From: an uncultured Armatimonadetes bacterium
Lineage (GTDB): Bacteria; Armatimonadota; Hebobacteria; Hebobacterales; Hebobacteraceae
Reading direction: 5' to 3'
Assembly (NCBI GenBank): GCA_963716175.1
Contig: OY970296.1
Span: 1,728,001 to 1,792,000 of the forward strand
Length of the DNA stretch: 64,000 nt
The position numbers and the translations under genes are program-made. Shown one piece after another: positions 58,095 to 64,000 of the stretch (its first letter is position 1; every line of letters starts with the position of its first letter). The notes under the pieces were generated by a model. That model had not been told where the DNA came from. It saw nothing but the letters and a program-made list of their open reading frames with translations, and did not search any database.

Positions 58095-59129
58095 TCACAT
58101 ACCTTCCGGCAGACACTGACAGTTCACGCCCTCCAGGAAGGCGGTCCCGGTCCCGCCCGGGCGACCTCCGGAGCCGGAGAACAGCAGAGCACCACCGGAG
58201 TCTGGGTTCGGGTTGTGGCGGTTTCCGGCCGCGGCGATGATGGCGTCAGCGGCCATCCAGGCGGCGTGGCCATCCACGAAGCCGAGGTTGCTGCCCCCTA
58301 GGTGGCGGGCGTACTGCTTGCGGTAGCTGGCGTCATTCCAGAACCTGTTGACCGCGTCAAGCGAAATGCCGCAGCTCTGGGTTTCGGAGCAGTTGACCCA
58401 GTCGGCGCCGCAGTCCCGGTCCACAATGTGGCCCCAGCCGCAGCGGCAGACATCGGGAAAGGCAACCTGCTCGATCTTGCCCCACCAGGGCTCGTTGCTG
58501 GCATCGGCGACAACGACGTGCGCCGAGGGGTTGTTGACGGTAGATAGTGGTTTGCCCTGGTTGTGTTCGTACATACTGATGCCGAACTCGACCGCGCCGG
58601 TATCCGCGCTCGGCTTTTGGCCGGCACCACACACATTCTGGTCGGTGTCGGTGGCGGTTCCACCCCAGCCGACCGGCCAGTTGTCGCAGCAGGCGCCGTA
58701 GTGCTTGGCGGAGTCCGAGAACTGCTGGAACCAGTCGGGGTAGGGCATGACGGATGCCGCATAGGAGGGTCGCTTCGCGCTCGGACACCTCCATACGTCG
58801 CGGTTCTTGACGTATTCGTCCAGGATCACCGGCCAGCGCAGGTAGGGGTTGGCCTGGGTGGAGCAACATCCGGGGCTAGTGTCGCCGCCGCAGTCGCTGA
58901 ACCAGGCATTGACATTGCCGTTGGTCTCGGCCGGTGGGAACCGGTCATAGTCGGTGAAGTACATCTGCACCGCCATGGCGATGTTCTTCACATTGGACAG
59001 GCACTGAATCTTGCGCGCCGATTCACGTGCACGCGCAAATACGGGGAACAGCATTGCGGCCAGGATCGCGATGATCGCGATCACAACCAGCAGCTCGATC
59101 AGGGTGAAGCCTCTACTCTTTCGCATCAT
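58095..59129 (-). CDS. Prepilin-type N-terminal cleavage/methylation + DUF1559 + H-X9-DG protein (paralog)
   Basis: G|FTLIELLVV..., RHLGGSNLGFVDGHA. Confidence 0.93.
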   Translation of the reverse strand: MMRKSRGFTLIELLVVIAIIAILAAMLFPVFARARESARKIQCLSNVKNIAMAVQMYFTDYDRFPPAETNGNVNAWFSDCGGDTSPGCCSTQANPYLRWPVILDEYVKNRDVWRCPSAKRPSYAASVMPYPDWFQQFSDSAKHYGACCDNWPVGWGGTATDTDQNVCGAGQKPSADTGAVEFGISMYEHNQGKPLSTVNNPSAHVVVADASNEPWWGKIEQVAFPDVCRCGWGHIVDRDCGADWVNCSETQSCGISLDAVNRFWNDASYRKQYARHLGGSNLGFVDGHAAWMAADAIIAAAGNRHNPNPDSGGALLFSGSGGRPGGTGTAFLEGVNCQCLPEGM

Positions 59130-59333
59130 GTAAAGTCCTGCCTCCTCGCGGCACAATGCAAATCTCCTGCTCCCGGACCCGGGGCCGCTCGCTACCTCCT
59201 TCCTGGCGCCTGCGTCTCGGCTAGCAGGGCTACTGCAGCCGGCGCGGTTCCTGCGGCGCCATCGCGGCCTGCGGATCAATCAACCTCAACCGGGCCGGCC
59301 TAGGGCCCCGGCTGTAGCGCTGAGAGGAACCCC

Positions 59334-59367
59334 AAAAAGAAAGGCACTCCCCGGATGCGGAAGCGCC
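59334..59367 (-). terminator. Intrinsic terminator within the 5' leader of the 58095-59129 gene
   Basis: GGCGCTTCC-GCATCCG-GGGAGTGCC-TTTCTTTTT, downstream of TTGACT-17-TACGCT (59509-59537). Confidence 0.7.
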
Positions 59368-59589
59368 CTGTATCGTTCTGTCGCGCGTCATCGAGCCCGG
59401 GCGCTGCCCGGAACTCGCCCAGCAAGCAGGAACCCGAAGGGCCCACCAAGTGAAGCATGCCACGTCCCCAAGTGAAGATCACAGTGCGGTTTAAGGCTTG
59501 CCAGCGTTAGCGTATCACAGCGGCAGGCTGTAGTCAAGGGGACCCGGGGCGCCGCGCCGGCACTCGGCCTCAGCTTGTCGGGCGGCGGC

Positions 59590-59618
59590 CTGACAAGGCC
59601 CACGTCGCGTGGTATAAT
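59590..59618 (+). promoter_or_regulatory. Sigma70 promoter for secA
   Basis: CTGACA-17-TATAAT with extended TG. Confidence 0.7.
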
Positions 59619-59710
59619 CACAACCGGGACCAGTGGTTTCCGGCGACAGGGGGCCCTGGCGGTTTCCCCTGGACGGCAAGAAGCTCTCTGGTTTCCTTCT
59701 TGGGGGACGA

Positions 59711-62700
59711 ATGTCGGTACTCTCTGCGATTTTCGATTCCACCAGGCGAGACCTGCGGCGAGCGCGCGCGCTGGCCGAGGAGATCAGCGCGCTGTCCCCG
59801 ACCATGGAGGCCCTCACGGACGAGCAGATGAGGGCCAAGACGGATGAGTTCCGCGACCGGCTCGCCCGCGGCGTGGCGCTCGACGACTTGCTGGTGGAGG
59901 CCTACGCTCTGGTGCGGGAGGCCACCTGGCGGGTGCTGGGGAAGCGCCAGGTCCGGTTTCGCGTCTCCCGGCCCGGCCGGGCCCTGCCGGAGGAGGCGGT
60001 GGTGCCGCCGGGCGAGGCGGAGGCCTTCGAGGAGGAGCTGCGGCGGCAGCACCTCAGCTACGAGCGGGAGCGGTTCATGGCCCACTTCGATGTGCAGATG
60101 ATGGGCGCGATCGTGCTGCACTGGGGCCGAATCGCGGAGATGAGGACAGGTGAAGGCAAGACCCAGGTGGCGGTGCCAGCGCTCTATCTCAACGCGCTCG
60201 AGGGCAGGGGCGCCCATCTGCTCACCCACAATGATTACCTGGCGAAACGCGACCGGGACTGGATGGGCCCCATCTACGAGTTCCTGGGGCTGACGGTAGG
60301 CGTGATCCAGCACGACATGTCGGCGGAGGAGCGCCAGGACGCCTATCGCTGCGATGTCACCTACGCCACCAACCACGAGGTGGGGTTCGATTACCTGCGG
60401 GACAACACGGTGGACTATGCGGACTGGCTGGTGCTGGGCGATTTGCACTACGCCATCGTGGACGAGGCCGACAGCCTGCTGGTAGACGAGGCGCGCACCC
60501 CGCTGATCCTGGCGGGCCCGGGCACCAAGCCCACGGAGCTGTACCGCAAGGTGGATCGCGTGATCCCGCGGCTCACCCCTGACACGGACTACATCGTTGA
60601 CGAGAAGAGCAAGCTGGCCAATCTCACCGAGGATGGGGTTCGCAAGATCGAATCGCTGCTGGGGGTCTCGAACATCACCGACCCGGAGAACCTGGAGCTG
60701 TTCCAGCATGTGAACGCCGCCCTTCGCGCCCATGCCTGCTACCAGCGGGACAAGGACTACGTGGTGCGGGACGGCAAGGTGATCATCGTGGACGAGTTCA
60801 CCGGCCGGCTGATGTTCGGGCGGCGCTACAGCGAGGGGCTGCACCAGGCGATCGAGGCGAAAGAGAAGGTGCAGATCGAGCGGGAGAATGTGACCACCGC
60901 CACCATCACCCACCAGAACTTCTTCCGCCTCTACCACAAGCTGTCGGGGATGACGGGCACGGCGAAGACGGAGGAGGCGGAGTTCATCAAGGTCTACAAC
61001 GCGGGGGTGGTGGTGGTGCCGACGCATCGGCCCATGATCCGGGCGGACAATCCGGATGTGATCTACAAGACGGAGGAGGGGAAGCTCCACGGCATCACGG
61101 GCGAGATCCTCCAGCTCCAGAGCCTGGGCCGGCCCACGCTGGTGGGCACCAGGTCCATCGCGGTGTCGGAGCGGCTGAGCGAGCGGCTGAAGCCGGAGCG
61201 GCTGCAGGTGCTGGCGCAGTTGCTGCTCTTGGAGGACGCGCTGTTGCAGACTGAGCGGCTGAGCGGGGACGAGGGGCGGGAACTGCGCCGGGCGCTGCAG
61301 GGCCGGCTGAGCGAGGTGGACCGCGAGGTGCGCCACCTGGAGGAGGCGGTGGCGAAGTTCGACCACAGCGGGGCGCGGCTGGCGCAGCCGGAAGAGCTGA
61401 GGCGAATCGAGCAGCGGCTGGCCCGGACCAGCCGCTTCGGGGACGAGATTCGGGGTCTGATGGCGAAGCTGGAATCGAAGGAAGCCGCCAGCCGGTCGGA
61501 GATCAGGCGGATGGCCGAGATCATCTGCTATCAGCCGCTGGAGGAGGTGCCGTTGGGCCGGGCTGCGGCGCTGCTGCGCGCCTGCGGACGGGAGCCGGAT
61601 GTGACCAGGCCGGAGAACGCGCGGCGGCTGGCGCAGCTGATCGGCCTGGAAGAGCAGGAGCACGGGCGGCTGGCAGAGGTGCTGGACCGGGGCATTCCGC
61701 ACCGGGTGCTGAACGCCAAGTACCACGAGATGGAGGCGCACATCATCGCCCAGGCCGGCCGTTCCGGGGCCCTGACCATCGCCACCAACATGGCCGGCCG
61801 CGGCGTGGACATCCTGCTAGGCGGCAACTCGGAGGAGCTGGCCAACGACTTGCTGCGGGGGGAGGGCATAGACCCCAGCCAGGCGAGCGACGAGCAGCGG
61901 CAGGCGGCCCTGGCGCAGGCGCGAGAGACGTGCGCCCGCGACAAGGAGCAGGTGATCGCTCTGGGCGGGCTGCACATCCTGGGCACCGAGCGGCATGAGA
62001 GCCGCCGCATTGATAACCAGCTCCGGGGGCGGGCCGGCCGCCAGGGCGACCCCGGGTCTTCGCGGTTCTACGTGTCCTTCGAGGATGAGCTGATGCGCTT
62101 GTTCGGCCCGGAACGGCTGGATTTCTTCCTGGGCAAGTGGCCGGAGAACGAGCCGATCGAGCACAAGCTCACCAGCCGCATGATCGAGAACGCGCAGAAA
62201 AAAGTGGAGGCGCACAACTTCGAGATCCGCAGGCATCGGCTGCAGTATGATGATGTGATGAACACGCAGCGGGCGCTGATCTATGAGCAGCGCAGGCGGG
62301 TGCTGCTGGGAGAGGACCTGCGGGAGAGCGTGCTGGCGCACATGCGCGATTTCGTGGCGGCGCGGGCGAAGGAGTTCGCCAGCCCGGAGGTCCACCACGA
62401 GGACTGGAACCTGGAGGGCCTGCACGCGGCGTTGGCGGAGGTGTTCCCGATCCGCGCCAGTGTGGAGGAGATGCAGGAGGTCGCCCGGCACGAGGATTTG
62501 GTGCGCCTGCTCCAGGAGGACATCATCTCCGCCTACGAGGAGCGGGAGCAGGTGGCGGGCGCGGAGCAGATGCGGGAGCTGGACCGGCTGGTGACGCTGC
62601 GGGTGGTGAATGTGCGCTGGATAGACCACCTGGCGGCGATGGAGGACCTGGAGGAAGGCATCGGGCTGCGGGGCTACTCCGGGGTGGACCCGCTGATCCT

Positions 62701-63040
62701 CTATCGAAAAGAAAGCTACGACTACTGGCAGAACCTGCTGGGCACGGTTCGGGAGGATATCATCCGCTATCTCTTCCGGGTGGTGATCCGCCCGCAGGAG
62801 ACGGAGGAGCAGAGGCGAGCGGCGCTGGGGCTGGGGGCCACGCCTCAAGGGCAGCCGGTGGAGGCGGAAGACGAGGACCGGATGGCGGTGGCGGGTTCAC
62901 CGGTGGCCACGAAACCAGCCCAGACGCGCACCGCCACCCGGCGCGCAGCCGCGCGCACCGGCCGCAAAGTGGGCCGCAACGACCCCTGCCCGTGTGGGAG
63001 CGGGAAGAAGTACAAGAAGTGCTGTGGGGCGCGGGCCTGA
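59711..63040 (+). CDS. secA: Preprotein translocase SecA with two insertions
   Basis: HFDVQ, MRTGEGKT, DEADS.LVDEARTPL, GMTGTA, ATNMAGRG.DI, RRIDNQLRGRAGRQGDPG, C-terminal CPCGSGKKYKKCC. Confidence 0.97.
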   Translation: MSVLSAIFDSTRRDLRRARALAEEISALSPTMEALTDEQMRAKTDEFRDRLARGVALDDLLVEAYALVREATWRVLGKRQVRFRVSRPGRALPEEAVVPPGEAEAFEEELRRQHLSYERERFMAHFDVQMMGAIVLHWGRIAEMRTGEGKTQVAVPALYLNALEGRGAHLLTHNDYLAKRDRDWMGPIYEFLGLTVGVIQHDMSAEERQDAYRCDVTYATNHEVGFDYLRDNTVDYADWLVLGDLHYAIVDEADSLLVDEARTPLILAGPGTKPTELYRKVDRVIPRLTPDTDYIVDEKSKLANLTEDGVRKIESLLGVSNITDPENLELFQHVNAALRAHACYQRDKDYVVRDGKVIIVDEFTGRLMFGRRYSEGLHQAIEAKEKVQIERENVTTATITHQNFFRLYHKLSGMTGTAKTEEAEFIKVYNAGVVVVPTHRPMIRADNPDVIYKTEEGKLHGITGEILQLQSLGRPTLVGTRSIAVSERLSERLKPERLQVLAQLLLLEDALLQTERLSGDEGRELRRALQGRLSEVDREVRHLEEAVAKFDHSGARLAQPEELRRIEQRLARTSRFGDEIRGLMAKLESKEAASRSEIRRMAEIICYQPLEEVPLGRAAALLRACGREPDVTRPENARRLAQLIGLEEQEHGRLAEVLDRGIPHRVLNAKYHEMEAHIIAQAGRSGALTIATNMAGRGVDILLGGNSEELANDLLRGEGIDPSQASDEQRQAALAQARETCARDKEQVIALGGLHILGTERHESRRIDNQLRGRAGRQGDPGSSRFYVSFEDELMRLFGPERLDFFLGKWPENEPIEHKLTSRMIENAQKKVEAHNFEIRRHRLQYDDVMNTQRALIYEQRRRVLLGEDLRESVLAHMRDFVAARAKEFASPEVHHEDWNLEGLHAALAEVFPIRASVEEMQEVARHEDLVRLLQEDIISAYEEREQVAGAEQMRELDRLVTLRVVNVRWIDHLAAMEDLEEGIGLRGYSGVDPLILYRKESYDYWQNLLGTVREDIIRYLFRVVIRPQETEEQRRAALGLGATPQGQPVEAEDEDRMAVAGSPVATKPAQTRTATRRAAARTGRKVGRNDPCPCGSGKKYKKCCGARA

Positions 63041-63106
63041 CCACCCGAGGTCCCGGACTAGCTTCGGGCTGTCGCTCTCCCTCGGCCGCCCAAGCAAGAG
63101 CACGCG

Positions 63107-63937
63107 ATGCTCATTACCAGTCGCGCCAATGAGAAAGTGAAGCAGATCAAGCGCCTCTTCCGCCGGCGAGATTGGGAGGAGACAGGGCTTTTCTTCGCGG
63201 AAGGGTTTCAGCTCGTCTCCGAGGCCATCCAGATGGGGGCCGGGATCGAGAGTCTGATCGCGGCGCCTGAGCTGTTGGGCAAGGAAGAGACGGAGTTCGT
63301 CGAGCGGCACCGCGACATTCCTTCACTCCAGGTGACGGCGCAGGTGCTGCAGAGCATCTCGCCCAAGGACGCACACCAGGGGATGGCGGCGGTGGTGCGG
63401 CAGCGCTGGGAGCGAATGGAGGAGGTGCGGCCAGAGCGGGAAAGCTGCTGGGTGGCGCTGGACCGCATTCGGCATCCCGGCAGCCTGGGGACCATCCTGC
63501 GGGTGAGCGATGCGGTCGGCGGCGCGGGCGTGATCCTGGTCGGAGATTCCACTGACCCCTACGATCCCACCGCGGTGCGGGCCAGCCTGGGGGCGGTGTT
63601 CTCGCAGCGGCTGGTGAAGGCGAGCTTTGAGGAGTTCGCGGCCTGGAAGCGAGAGCACGGGGCCTTCGTGGTCGGCACCTCGCCCGCCGCCGCGACCGAT
63701 TACCGCGCCGTCTCCTATCCCAGGCCGGTGGTGCTGCTGCTGGGGAGCGAGCGGAGAGGATTGTCCGAGGAGGAGCAGGCGGTGTGCGATGTGGTGGTGC
63801 GCATCCCGATGGTGGGACGGGTGGACTCGCACCACGTGGCGGTGGCGGCGGCAGTAGTGCTGTACGAGATCCTCCATCAACGGCAGGCAGAGGCGCAGGA
63901 GGGAATCGGGCGCGCACTGACCGGGCGGAGCAGATAA
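63107..63937 (+). CDS. TrmH/SpoU-family RNA methyltransferase
   Basis: ITSRAN, F.AEG, PGSLGTILR, RASLG, GSERRGL, IPM.G..DS. Confidence 0.9.
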   Translation: MLITSRANEKVKQIKRLFRRRDWEETGLFFAEGFQLVSEAIQMGAGIESLIAAPELLGKEETEFVERHRDIPSLQVTAQVLQSISPKDAHQGMAAVVRQRWERMEEVRPERESCWVALDRIRHPGSLGTILRVSDAVGGAGVILVGDSTDPYDPTAVRASLGAVFSQRLVKASFEEFAAWKREHGAFVVGTSPAAATDYRAVSYPRPVVLLLGSERRGLSEEEQAVCDVVVRIPMVGRVDSHHVAVAAAVVLYEILHQRQAEAQEGIGRALTGRSR

Positions 63938-63951
63938 AGGGGCAGGTCGCG

Positions 63952-64000
63952 TGGCTAGGCCCGCCTGCGGCGGGCCGTCACCCCGGCCGCTGTAAGCGGC
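63952..64000. repeat. Twin-hairpin element copy, truncated by the window end
   Basis: TGGCTAGGCCCGC-CT-GCGGCGGGCCGTCA-CCCCGGCCGC... following a GGGGCAGGTCGCG REP arm. Confidence 0.7.

Noticed and set aside
61190-61690. Intein in SecA
   Set aside because: No N-terminal Cys/Ser block or C-terminal His-Asn motif.
9730-63917. Numerous long antisense or alternative-frame ORFs (e.g. 10850-12265, 25796-27430, 59618-61741)
   Set aside because: Shadow ORFs expected in high-GC DNA; they overlap well-supported genes and show no motifs.

Overview
High-GC bacterial chromosome segment, probably Armatimonadota. This is inferred from SLH-domain and TonB-ExbBD/TBDR genes, several prepilin/H-X9-DG proteins, a SigH-type sigma factor after cysE-cysS, and a large Alu-domain SRP RNA. 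The backbone is housekeeping: cysE, cysS, sigH, hisS, aspS, rnc, lysS, greA, secA, tRNA-Gly/Arg/His, ffs, a nikMNQO-type ECF transporter and surface-polysaccharide genes. The accessory structure is rich. (1) A 5.2-kb IS1595-family transposon (23-bp TIRs, 8-bp TSD) splits a PD-(D/E)XK-like gene. It carries a Schlafen/AlbA_2-HATPase gene and a proteasome-beta-like Thr peptidase, which is itself split by an IS256. (2) A family of ~53-bp twin-hairpin elements (TGGCTAGG...CYTAGGGG/CCTAGCCA, no TSD) is inserted into the SRP RNA gene, into the T-arm of tRNA-His-derived repeats and into REP hairpins; the empty REP site and a RAYT transposase are in the same window. (3) A 5 x 162-bp tRNA-His-linked tandem array. 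(4) An integrase-less 0.86-kb islet at tRNA-Arg with a small gene plus a retropepsin gene. (5) Two paralogous ~400-nt terminator-containing leaders before prepilin genes. All calls were made by eye from motifs; no database searches were run.
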